From Campylobacterota bacterium (GTDB taxonomy: Bacteria > Babelota > Babeliae > Babelales > RVW-14): DNA of 64,000 nucleotides. The position numbers and the translations under genes are program-made. Positions 41,527 through 50,586 of this stretch are shown here, in pieces. Each line of letters begins with the position of its first letter. Position 1 is the stretch's first letter. The notes beneath the pieces were generated by a model. It was not told the DNA's origin. It saw nothing but the letters and a program-made list of their open reading frames with translations, and did not search any database. The stretch is taken from NCBI GenBank assembly GCA_020633995.1, contig JACKCO010000004.1, forward strand, positions 90,928 through 154,927, written 5' to 3'.

Positions 41527-41916
41527 ATGGCTCGAATAGAAGGTGTGTTATTACCTACAGAGAAGCGTGTAGAAACTGCTTTGACATATTTATATGGCAT
41601 CGGTTTGCAAACGTCTAAAGATCTTTTACGTGAGACGAAAATTAATCCAGACATACGCGTAAAGGACTTATCACATGAGCAGGTTGCTGCTATTCAAAGG
41701 TACATAAATCAAAGCTGCAAGGTTGAGGGTGAGCTTCGTAAGGAGATCACATTGAGCATCAAACGCTTGCAAGAAATTGGTTCATATCGAGGATGGAGAC
41801 ACAAGAGAAGCCTACCAGCTCGAGGTCAGCGTACTAAAACAAATGCTCGTACGCGTAAAGGTCCTAGAAAGCCTCACAATGTTGTACCGAATAAAAAAGC
41901 TGTATCTAAGAAATAG
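41527..41916 (+). CDS. rpsM: 30S ribosomal protein S13
   Basis: [21 protein letters not shown] start at 41527. Confidence 0.96.
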   Translation: MARIEGVLLPTEKRVETALTYLYGIGLQTSKDLLRETKINPDIRVKDLSHEQVAAIQRYINQSCKVEGELRKEITLSIKRLQEIGSYRGWRHKRSLPARGQRTKTNARTRKGPRKPHNVVPNKKAVSKK

Positions 41917-41947
41917 TTAAGTTAGTAAGTGACAAGGATGACGATTA

Positions 41948-42331
41948 ATGGCGTACAAAAAAAGTAAGAAACGTCAGCATAAAAATGTTGATTCAGCGAT
42001 AGCACATGTAAGATCAACATTCAACAATACGTTGGTTGCTGTGACGACGTTAGATGGAGATGTTTTGGTGCGTGGTAGCGCTGGGCAGATGGGTTATAAA
42101 GGTACACGTAAGGGAACTCCTTTTGCTGCTAACCAGATTGGAACAAAGCTTGCTAAAGAATTAATGACAATAGGCGTTAAGACTATAGAAGTGAACTTAC
42201 AAGGTCCTGGTTCTGGGCGAGACTCTGTAGTAAGGGCATTTCAATCAGCAGGATTAGGCGTTACAACACTGAGAGATGTTACTCCATTGCCTCATAATGG
42301 TACGCGTCCTTGTAAAAAACGTAGAGTTTAA
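41948..42331 (+). CDS. rpsK: 30S ribosomal protein S11
   Basis: AHV.STFNNT.V.VT...G.V....S.G..G.KG.RK.TPFAA. Confidence 0.96.
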   Translation: MAYKKSKKRQHKNVDSAIAHVRSTFNNTLVAVTTLDGDVLVRGSAGQMGYKGTRKGTPFAANQIGTKLAKELMTIGVKTIEVNLQGPGSGRDSVVRAFQSAGLGVTTLRDVTPLPHNGTRPCKKRRV

Positions 42332-42371
42332 AAAACGAGCTTTGAATTAGTAGCGAAGATAAGGAATTTGT

Positions 42372-42998
42372 ATGTCAGCATGTAACAAATGTAGACAAGC
42401 AGGAGAAAAGCTTTACCTAAAAGGTTCAAAGTGTCGCACTCCTAAATGTGTTATTGAAAATCGTCCCGTACAGCCTGGTCAGCATGGGAAAAAAATTGGA
42501 ACAAAAAAAATGTCTGAGTATGGTAAGCAATTACTAGAAAAGCAAAAAGTGAAACTGATGTATGATGTTAAAGAACGTCAGTTCCGTCGGTTTTTTGAGA
42601 ATGCTTCTCGCCAATCTGGTGTAACTGGTGATAACTTGCTGAGTATTCTTGAGCGTCGCCTGGACAACGTTTTGTTCCGTCTTAAAATGGCAGTTTCTCG
42701 AGCTCAAGCCCGTCAAATGGTTGTACATGGGCACATTACCGTCAATGGAAAACGTGTTGATAGACCATCTTACTTAGTTTCTCAGAATGATGCTATTGGG
42801 CTTTGCGAGAGCGTTTTGAAAAGCAAAGTATTCGTTGAAAATGTTGTTGATAAGCGTTTGAATTCTGGTATTAAGGTTCCTGAGTGGCTTGAGCTACAAA
42901 AGCAAGAACGTAAGGGACTTGTTCTGCGTTTGCCGGTTAGATCAGATATCACAGCGCCAATTGAAGAACACTTGATTGTTGAATTGTATTCTAAATAA
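42372..42998 (+). CDS. rpsD: 30S ribosomal protein S4 (Cys4 N-terminal zinc-finger form)
   Basis: CNKCRQ...GSKCRTPKC; S4 domain LERRLDNVLFRL..A.SR.QARQ.V.HGHI.VNG. Confidence 0.95.
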   Translation: MSACNKCRQAGEKLYLKGSKCRTPKCVIENRPVQPGQHGKKIGTKKMSEYGKQLLEKQKVKLMYDVKERQFRRFFENASRQSGVTGDNLLSILERRLDNVLFRLKMAVSRAQARQMVVHGHITVNGKRVDRPSYLVSQNDAIGLCESVLKSKVFVENVVDKRLNSGIKVPEWLELQKQERKGLVLRLPVRSDITAPIEEHLIVELYSK

Positions 42999-43021
42999 TA
43001 GCTGGTGTTAGGTAGAGAACG

Positions 43022-44071
43022 ATGAATTATAGGCCGTTAATACTTCCAAAATTAAGTTGGAATGTTGATACATTGTCAGAGAGATACGGAGAGTTAATAG
43101 TTAAGCCGCTTGGTCCTGGTTTTGGAATTACTCTGGGAAATGCATTGCGACGTGTCATGTTATCTTCGATAGAAGGTTCAGCCGTTACATCTGTTATTAT
43201 TAAGGGCGTGAATAACGAGTTTTCATCGCTCAAAGGCGTGATGGAAGATACATTACACTTAATTTTGAATATTAAGGGCATTGTTATCAAGAATACGACG
43301 GGCTTGCCAGGAAAAATGCAGCTAAAGGTAAAAGGCGAAGGCATTGCTCGTGGAAGTGACATTATCTGTGATGAGCACTTAGAGGTCATCAATAAAGACC
43401 TTGTGCTTGCTCATTTAGCAGTTGATGGTGAATTGGAGATAGAGTTTTTTGTGGAAGCTGGTAGGGGGTATAAGACTGCACAGTGGCCACAGGGTGAGTC
43501 TTTACAAGAAGATTCACGAATTTATCTTGATGCAATGTTTTGCCCAGTTAAGCGTGTTGAATACCATGTTGAGAAAACGCGTGTGGGGCAAGAAATTGAT
43601 TATGATAAACTTATCATAAGCATTCACACCAATGGTGCTGTAAAGCCTGAAGATGTTGTTCACTATGGGACCTCTGTTTTGAGAACTCAATTAGAACATT
43701 TCTTGACGGTTAAAGAAATTGCATTTAATGAAATTTCAAAAGCAAGCGAAGAGAATGCTGAAAGTGAAGGCGTTAGAGAAGGGGAAAGTCCAACCAAGGG
43801 GTTGCCGGTTGACCTGTTCTTAAAGCCAATAAATGATCTTGAATTTTCTGTTCGAGCTCACAATTGTTTAATTGGGGCTGGTATCAAGCGTGTTTATGAT
43901 TTGGTAAATCTTACAGAAGACGAAATTCTTAAGATCAAAAACTTTGGCCGTAAGTCGCTGAGAGAAGTAAAAGAAATACTTTCTGCATTTGGGCTTCATT
44001 TGGGAATGAATGTCAAAGAATTGGATCTTAAAAAAGCCATTAAAGAACAGGAAGGTAATATCAAATCATGA
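43022..44071 (+). CDS. rpoA: DNA-directed RNA polymerase subunit alpha
   Basis: PLGPGFGITLGNALRRVMLSSIEGSAVTSV; C-terminal domain LEFSVRAHNCL...I..V.DLV...E.E.LKIKNFG.KSL.E. Confidence 0.97.
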   Translation: MNYRPLILPKLSWNVDTLSERYGELIVKPLGPGFGITLGNALRRVMLSSIEGSAVTSVIIKGVNNEFSSLKGVMEDTLHLILNIKGIVIKNTTGLPGKMQLKVKGEGIARGSDIICDEHLEVINKDLVLAHLAVDGELEIEFFVEAGRGYKTAQWPQGESLQEDSRIYLDAMFCPVKRVEYHVEKTRVGQEIDYDKLIISIHTNGAVKPEDVVHYGTSVLRTQLEHFLTVKEIAFNEISKASEENAESEGVREGESPTKGLPVDLFLKPINDLEFSVRAHNCLIGAGIKRVYDLVNLTEDEILKIKNFGRKSLREVKEILSAFGLHLGMNVKELDLKKAIKEQEGNIKS

Positions 44072-44427
44072 GTCACCATCAAGCTGGAAAAAGAAAATTA
44101 AATTTAAAGTCCTCTCATCGTAGAGCTTTTATGCGTAATCAGGTTATTCACCTTATTAACTATGGTGTCTTGCAAACAACCAAGCCACGTGTTAAGGCTG
44201 TTCAGCAAATGGCTGAGAAGATTGTAACCATTGCTCGTAAAGGGAATGACTTTAACACAATTCGTCGAGTAAGGCAGTTGCTTCCTTATGATCAAAAAGC
44301 GGTTCAGAAGCTTATTAAAGAAATAGCTCCTCGCTATGTTGATAGACCCGGCGGGTATACTCGGACAATACCATTAGGGCGACGAATGAGCGATACTGCT
44401 CCTATTGCGCGCCTTGAATGGGTGTAA
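44068..44427 (+). CDS. rplQ: 50S ribosomal protein L17
   Basis: H....RKL...S.HR.A..RN......G...TT..RAK.... pattern; ATGA overlap with the rpoA stop. Confidence 0.95.
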   Translation: MSHHQAGKRKLNLKSSHRRAFMRNQVIHLINYGVLQTTKPRVKAVQQMAEKIVTIARKGNDFNTIRRVRQLLPYDQKAVQKLIKEIAPRYVDRPGGYTRTIPLGRRMSDTAPIARLEWV

Positions 44428-44450
44428 TATGAGATAGATTAAAAAAATTA

Positions 44451-44482
44451 AAAACCCCCGTAGAAAATACGGGGGTTTTTAA
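44451..44482. terminator. bidirectional rho-independent terminator closing the ribosomal superoperon
   Basis: aaaa-cccccgta-gaaaa-tacggggg-ttttt: 8-bp GC-rich stem flanked by an A-run and a T-run. Confidence 0.8.
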
Positions 44483-44513
44483 TTGCTGCGTTCTATGTGA
44501 AAGAAAAAAAAGT

Positions 44514-44984
44514 TTATAAGTTGTCCCACACACCTGCAAAGCGTTTCTTCAATGCATTGCAGCCGCTTTCAAGCGACTCTTTTGCCTGTGTAACATACTC
44601 CACTATTTTTGTATCAATGTCTGGATTACTTGTAAGAAAGTCTTGCCACTCTTGGCAGGCGGACTCAGCGTTTTGTTTATAGCTAGATAACAAAGCAATC
44701 AGTTTTTCTGTCGGCTCTTGTGCAAAAGACATTCCTCTCATTTCTCGTGCTATGTCCACGAGTAAATCTGAGCATGATCTCATTTTTTCATTTAAATTGT
44801 GTTCTTTGATGTACGAGTAGTAGGCGAGTTGAGCATCGGACGGAAGCCCTTTCTTGTCGCCCTTTTTAACACTTGTTTTCTTTGGTTTTGGGTTTTTTTC
44901 ACCCTTTGCAGCCAAAATATTGGATGGGGTTAGTAGTGTGACGAGCGCAAAAAAACAGCAAGAAGTTAGTAGGCTTTTTTTCAT
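44514..44984 (-). CDS. hypothetical secreted protein
   Basis: AAGGAGA SD. Signal peptide MKKSLLTSCCFFALVTLLTPSNILA, Lys-rich stretch, then a helical-looking body. No motif recognised. Confidence 0.6.
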   Translation of the reverse strand: MKKSLLTSCCFFALVTLLTPSNILAAKGEKNPKPKKTSVKKGDKKGLPSDAQLAYYSYIKEHNLNEKMRSCSDLLVDIAREMRGMSFAQEPTEKLIALLSSYKQNAESACQEWQDFLTSNPDIDTKIVEYVTQAKESLESGCNALKKRFAGVWDNL

Positions 44985-45266
44985 TGTTTCTCCTTGTTTC
45001 CTTTTTAGTGAAATGGATATAACTCAATTGTATTAGGTTGTACAAAAAAAGTTTTGGAAGGCAAGAGAAAAAAACACAATGTATTTTTTAGTTTTAAAAA
45101 TAGCATTCTCAATTTGTTTGTTATAGTCGTATTGGGGACATGTTGGGGTCATTTTTTTAGCAAACATAATTAAATGTTGCAATTGTTTGAATGACTTGAG
45201 TACTCTTATACTCGTGTGACAAGCATTTAAAAAAAATAATTAAGACGTGCAAGTGTTATAAATACA

Positions 45267-46235
45267 ATGGATGAGACGGTTAGAGGGTGTAAAGTTTTTC
45301 AGTCAGGATGTAAGGTTGCAATAGTCGGAGCAGGCTTTGTGGGCAGTACTGCAGCATATGCTCTGATGATTGGGGGCACCGTTTCAGAAATTGTCTTGAT
45401 TGATGTTGAAAAACAAAAAGCTCAAGGACACGCTCTTGATTTACAGCATTGTATGCAATTTACCAAGTCTGTTTCAATTTGTGCTGGTAGTTCTTATGAA
45501 CTCATAAAGGACGCGAGCATTGTTATCGTCGCCGCAGGCGTTGCCCAAGCACCGGGTCAGAGTCGTTCAGCGCTACTTGAGCAAAATGTATCTATATTCA
45601 AAGATGTTATTCCTAAGATTGTCGCGCATAACAAAGATTGTATTTTGTTAATTGTGACAAATCCGCTTGATGTATTGACCTATGTTGCTCATAAACTTTC
45701 TGGGTTTGATGCATGTCGTGTGTTTGGAACAGGTACGGTCCTTGACTCAGCTCGTCTTCGTTATTCATTGGGTGAGCATTTTAATGTGAGTCCCAAAGAT
45801 GTTATAGCCTATGTTTTGGGTGAGCATGGCGATTCTGAGTTTGTTTGGGAAAGTGCAGCAAATATTGCAGGAATTGGCTTGCATCAGTTTGAGGGCTACC
45901 AACCAGCGCTAATGAAAAAAATTTATGATCATACAAAACGTGCAGCCTATGAGGTTATTGAAGCAAAGGGGGCTACGTATTATGCGATTGCATTGGTGAT
46001 TGCAAAGATTGTTAGAGCTCTCTTGCTTGACCAGTTGCGTGTATTTACCGTGTCAACGTTAATCAATAATGTTTATGGGCAGTCGGGTGTTTGTTTGAGT
46101 GTTCCAACTATTATCCGCGCTGGAGGTGTTTGCCAGCAGCTGCCTTTGCAGTTGAGCCAAAATGAGCAAGTATTGTTTTCTAAGTCGGCTCAAAAGATAA
46201 GGGAAGGAATTGAGCAAGCAATGAAGTTATTATAA
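45267..46235 (+). CDS. ldh: L-lactate dehydrogenase (LDH/MDH superfamily; Gln at the substrate-discriminating position)
   Basis: KVAIVGAGFVGS, AGVAQAPGQSR (Q not R implies LDH-type), IVTNPLD, GEHGDSEF. Confidence 0.85.
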   Translation: MDETVRGCKVFQSGCKVAIVGAGFVGSTAAYALMIGGTVSEIVLIDVEKQKAQGHALDLQHCMQFTKSVSICAGSSYELIKDASIVIVAAGVAQAPGQSRSALLEQNVSIFKDVIPKIVAHNKDCILLIVTNPLDVLTYVAHKLSGFDACRVFGTGTVLDSARLRYSLGEHFNVSPKDVIAYVLGEHGDSEFVWESAANIAGIGLHQFEGYQPALMKKIYDHTKRAAYEVIEAKGATYYAIALVIAKIVRALLLDQLRVFTVSTLINNVYGQSGVCLSVPTIIRAGGVCQQLPLQLSQNEQVLFSKSAQKIREGIEQAMKLL

Positions 46236-46295
46236 TAGTGAAGCGTGTATTGATTGGGAGTTTGAGAAATATTGATGAAAAAAATATTCAATATC

Positions 46296-46324
46296 TTTAC
46301 AAAAAGTTTTTAGGTTACTAGAAT
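46296..46324 (+). promoter_or_regulatory. putative sigma70 promoter of the giant-protein locus (TTTACA-17 nt-TAGAAT)
   Basis: Hexamers with 17-nt spacing ~105 nt upstream of the ATG at 46429. A short inverted repeat aatattga...tcaatat lies just upstream (46269-46293). Confidence 0.4.
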
Positions 46325-46428
46325 CGAACATAAAATAATGCTACATGGTAAAAAAATTAGATGTGGTATGGGCCTCATCTAGATTCAAAAAGTGAGAGAG
46401 GTACAAGTCTGTGAGAGGAAGGAGAGCA

Positions 46429-49400
46429 ATGAGGAACATTCTTCGCTTGTCAACATTTCTATCTGTGCTTTTTATTGTTGGGTTGGGTCAGTCGCTTTTT
46501 TCAAATATAACCTTTGGTAGTCGTGAGTCTGCCATTAAGGTTCAATCGGGTACTACATTTAATATTTCATCTGACAATTTGTGCGTTGACGGTACTATTG
46601 ATGCTGCTAACGATGCAAGTATTACAGGCAAGGAATTTGCTTTCAAAGATGGTCGTTTGCGCAATAAGAATGTTGAACTCTGCATGACCGCACTGTATGA
46701 TCCAACAGGAACAGACATCATAACGCTTCCCGGCAAGGCTCACTGTGACGTAACACCTGGCACCGTGATTCAGGCAATGGTAGTTGAAGGTGTTGATAAT
46801 GAGCTCGAGGGACAGCCTCGTTTTAGTGGGCCGATTACTCTTGCCAACGACAAAACAGAGCTTTCAATCGGTATTCAAAACAAACTGAATAATGATATTG
46901 AGCTTAATGGCGGTAAATTGATTTTAATTGATAACCTTGGCCTTGTTGATGATGTTAAAATCAATGGTCCTGGTATTGTTGACTTAAATCAGCGTCAACT
47001 TTCACTTGGTAGCGTATATACCACACCGTGGGGAGGAGAACTATTTTTTGATAATGCAACTGACCTCGTGCTAACGGGTAACACGGTACTGACAGGGACC
47101 TGGACATTTACAGGTAAAACCGTTCTTAATGGTAACGGCTCAGTGCTTGATATGTCCGGTGGAGGTAAAATTATTGTTAAAGCTGGTGCAACGTTGTGCA
47201 TGAACGACATTCACGTTACTGGTCTTGCAGATGCAGCTGGCAAAGGCATGATTGTATTTGAAGACAAAACAAGTCAGCTTCGTATAGCGAATGCATCGTT
47301 CAAACTTGATGGTGATATGAGCTGGACCACCGGCGGCATGTATGTTGTTGGGCCTGCAACATTGATGCTTGGCAACTATGACTGGACTTTTGATACCATG
47401 GCTTCACTCACCGTAGACGGTGTACCATTGTGGCTTGATACGCTGTGTGCTGATTGCGCAGTTGGGTCAGGTCAATTGTTTGTTAATCTCCCATTGTTTG
47501 CAAATGGCTTATGGCAGCCAGATAATGTTACTGCAAATATTGCGGCCGGATACCTTTCATTAATTGATTGCGCAACAATTAAAGATACCATCAGCAAAGA
47601 GGAAGCCCGCTTTGACCAAAGTCTGTGCGAGTTGCTTAGTGGTTGCTTGACTGACAGTCTTAAGCTCAACTGTGGGATCTGTCTTTGTTCACATGATACC
47701 ATTAGAATTTGTGGGGATGTTGAAATTGACGGTCAAGGTAATGAGCTTTGCTTCCTATGTGGTGCAGACAATGCACAGCTTATTGTTGAAGCAGGTAACA
47801 CGCTCACACTTAAAAATATTGCATTAAACAACATTGGCCAAAATACCCTTGATATTCGCGATGGTGCATTGCTTAACATCGACGAAGATGTTTCATTTTG
47901 CCTGTGCGAAAACGTTACCTTCTCACAAGGTGCTATTCAGGTACTTAACTCGGCGGCTGGTTCAAACATTTTCACTATTAAAGGTGACAAGTGCAAACGA
48001 GTTTTTGATGTACGCCCACTTGTGCCATTGCTTCCATCAGGCGTTGCAAACCAATTGCTTTTCTTGGGCACTAACACCCTCAAGCTTGAAAATGCTGGTA
48101 TTGGTGGCTTTGCATCAATAAGCCATATTAATGGTCCGGTCATTGTTGGTGCCATTGCGCTTTCATGCCAAGCATGCGCATTTATTGATGTCGATACAGG
48201 TATGAACTTCTTTATTGAAGATGGCCGCAACGAAATGATTTTTGAGCAAGATGGTTTGATTATGTCTGGTAACATTTCATTTGGTGACTTCCCAGATAAT
48301 GAATTGTCAATGCGCTTCTTGCTTATTGATCCAATTGATCCAAACAACCCTCGCCGTGTTGGCGTAAAACCGGGTAACCCATTTGTAGAGTTTACTGGTG
48401 ATCCTGGAGTATTTGTGTTCTCACTTGACGGTCGTGCTCATCTGATTTTTGAAGACTTTTCAGTAACGACACGCCTTAGCAATGCAAATGGTATTGTGGT
48501 TGATGACAACTCGCTGCTTACAGCCAAGAAACTTGAAATTCTTGATAATCCAATTAAACAAGCATCTGGATTGTTCAGATTTGAAGCGATTGAAATAGCT
48601 GGTGCAAAAATTGACCCATCATTTGTTCGTAGCCCAGTAAGTGTGAGAAGTGCACTCAGATCAGAAGGTATCAAGTTAACAGCGCTGCACATTGCTCGTC
48701 AAAAAGAAAAAGAGCAGTTCTTAGCTTCACAGGCAGCAGCGATTGCAGCACTTGAACAAAATGGTGGACGTCCAAATAAACCAAACAAGCCAAGCAATAA
48801 TAATAAACCGCAAAAACCAGCGACAGCTAAACCATTAGCACCACGTCAAGATAAGCCAGAAGCGCCGGGCTCTCGTCCAGAGCAGCCTCCACGTCCACCA
48901 CAAAAGCCTGATCGCCCAGAAGCTCCGGGTCGCCCAGATCGTCCAAGTTCATCAGACAATGACCGTCCATCACGACCTACTCAAGTTCAAAACGGTGGAG
49001 GTAGTTCATCAAATGGACGTCGCCGTCGTAGTGAGCGTAGCTTGAATGATACAACTCGCGCAATGGGAATCCCAAGTCAGTGGGCAAGGAAACGTGGAGA
49101 TCTTGAAGATCCAGAGGATTTCTTCGTACCAGAAATATTTGACGAAATTATTGAAGGTAACCAAGGTGGTACTCTTCTTCTTAATCCTGCTGAAAATGAA
49201 CCGCTTAAAGGTGCTCTTGATGTGAGAAATAATGCTCGTATTGAGGAAGCATATACAGATCCCGACCAACCGTTTCATGTAGTTTTGAGTAATGAGTCAG
49301 AGTTAGAGCAAAGTAATTCTGGAGATATTGATCTCGAGCCTACACAGATAATCAGTGTGATCGGTAAACAGAATGTGGTAGAAGTTTGCCGTGACTTCAG

Positions 49401-50559
49401 AGTTAACCAGGGTAACTTGCTTCTCTCTGGTGATGCGGAATGTATTATTCGCTTTGCAAATAACGGAACACATAAACCTCGCTTTATTTTCTCTGCAGGT
49501 ATGACACAAAACATAGGAGAGCAAGGCAAACTGATTTTTGAAGGTGATGGGTATGTTGTTTGCGAGGATGGTGTAACATTCCAGTTCCTTGGACAACCTG
49601 AGATTAACCCTGAAACAGGTAGAGCGCAAACCGAAGCTCGTCCATCTATAATCATCAGAGATGATGCTAAGTTTGTTCCAGCGGCAAAGAACGCCAAAAT
49701 TGCTATTCAAGGTGTGGGTAATGTTAGCGTTGAAGATCGTGCAATGATCAAATTTGATAAGGCAGGTAGCAAACTACGTTTGGGTTCTTCAACCGAAAAA
49801 GTTGATGACGTTGACTCAAACAAGCTCAATGACATTATGTTGAATTTGATTGATGGTGTTGTTTGGGTTGAATCAGATGATTCATCAAATCGAGCATGTA
49901 TTAGCCTTGAGTACGGAACATTTGATATCAATGGTACTGATGGTGGCCGCTTGTTAGTTGGTGACTATGGTACCTTTGCTATAAACGGAGACTGCAACGA
50001 AACGTTGAAACAGGGTCGCTTCAATTCATTTGATCTTGGTTGTGGTGGACAGTTGAATATCCGTCAAAATGGCTTGCTGCTTATTGGTGCCAGCAAAGAA
50101 GATCCTAAGCAAAAACTAACTGGCAAAACCTGCTATGACTTTGAGTTCAGTGGTCAAGTACAAGGTTCAGGTTTAGTTGGTTATCTGCCTGCTCCGTTCT
50201 CAGGTACTCCGGGTAAAGAACAAAGTATTCACAAGGGTGGTTTACTCGGTCGCCTCATTGGTCTTAACGAGATGTTTGTTCGTCGTATAAAAGAAGCAGA
50301 TAAACTTTCAAGTGAAAGTATTGTCAGAAACTTGGTACAAAGTCGTCCAGGCCTGTCTGTCTCAACGGTATTTGTTGATGAAGACGGTGCTGTAATGTTG
50401 AGAACAAAGAATGGTACAACTGTTCCACTTGTTAATCCTGCAAACAATAACCCAATTACATTGGTATCAGACAGTTCAACAACCGGACAAGCAACTGGAA
50501 CGGATGGCTTTAATGCGGTGACGATTGACATTAATGGCAATATTAAAGTTAATGACTAA
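46429..50559 (+). CDS. giant secreted protein P1 (two NGxG signature modules, Pro-rich linker, distinct C-terminal half)
   Basis: AGGAAGGAG SD. Signal peptide MRNILRLSTFLSVLFIVGLGQSLFS. N-terminal ~330 aa are homologous to P3 and P6 (LTGTWTFTGKTVLNGNGSVLDMSGGG...). Confidence 0.85.
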   Translation: MRNILRLSTFLSVLFIVGLGQSLFSNITFGSRESAIKVQSGTTFNISSDNLCVDGTIDAANDASITGKEFAFKDGRLRNKNVELCMTALYDPTGTDIITLPGKAHCDVTPGTVIQAMVVEGVDNELEGQPRFSGPITLANDKTELSIGIQNKLNNDIELNGGKLILIDNLGLVDDVKINGPGIVDLNQRQLSLGSVYTTPWGGELFFDNATDLVLTGNTVLTGTWTFTGKTVLNGNGSVLDMSGGGKIIVKAGATLCMNDIHVTGLADAAGKGMIVFEDKTSQLRIANASFKLDGDMSWTTGGMYVVGPATLMLGNYDWTFDTMASLTVDGVPLWLDTLCADCAVGSGQLFVNLPLFANGLWQPDNVTANIAAGYLSLIDCATIKDTISKEEARFDQSLCELLSGCLTDSLKLNCGICLCSHDTIRICGDVEIDGQGNELCFLCGADNAQLIVEAGNTLTLKNIALNNIGQNTLDIRDGALLNIDEDVSFCLCENVTFSQGAIQVLNSAAGSNIFTIKGDKCKRVFDVRPLVPLLPSGVANQLLFLGTNTLKLENAGIGGFASISHINGPVIVGAIALSCQACAFIDVDTGMNFFIEDGRNEMIFEQDGLIMSGNISFGDFPDNELSMRFLLIDPIDPNNPRRVGVKPGNPFVEFTGDPGVFVFSLDGRAHLIFEDFSVTTRLSNANGIVVDDNSLLTAKKLEILDNPIKQASGLFRFEAIEIAGAKIDPSFVRSPVSVRSALRSEGIKLTALHIARQKEKEQFLASQAAAIAALEQNGGRPNKPNKPSNNNKPQKPATAKPLAPRQDKPEAPGSRPEQPPRPPQKPDRPEAPGRPDRPSSSDNDRPSRPTQVQNGGGSSSNGRRRRSERSLNDTTRAMGIPSQWARKRGDLEDPEDFFVPEIFDEIIEGNQGGTLLLNPAENEPLKGALDVRNNARIEEAYTDPDQPFHVVLSNESELEQSNSGDIDLEPTQIISVIGKQNVVEVCRDFRVNQGNLLLSGDAECIIRFANNGTHKPRFIFSAGMTQNIGEQGKLIFEGDGYVVCEDGVTFQFLGQPEINPETGRAQTEARPSIIIRDDAKFVPAAKNAKIAIQGVGNVSVEDRAMIKFDKAGSKLRLGSSTEKVDDVDSNKLNDIMLNLIDGVVWVESDDSSNRACISLEYGTFDINGTDGGRLLVGDYGTFAINGDCNETLKQGRFNSFDLGCGGQLNIRQNGLLLIGASKEDPKQKLTGKTCYDFEFSGQVQGSGLVGYLPAPFSGTPGKEQSIHKGGLLGRLIGLNEMFVRRIKEADKLSSESIVRNLVQSRPGLSVSTVFVDEDGAVMLRTKNGTTVPLVNPANNNPITLVSDSSTTGQATGTDGFNAVTIDINGNIKVND

Positions 50560-50586
50560 GCTTTTAAAAAATAAGGAGAGAGTACG

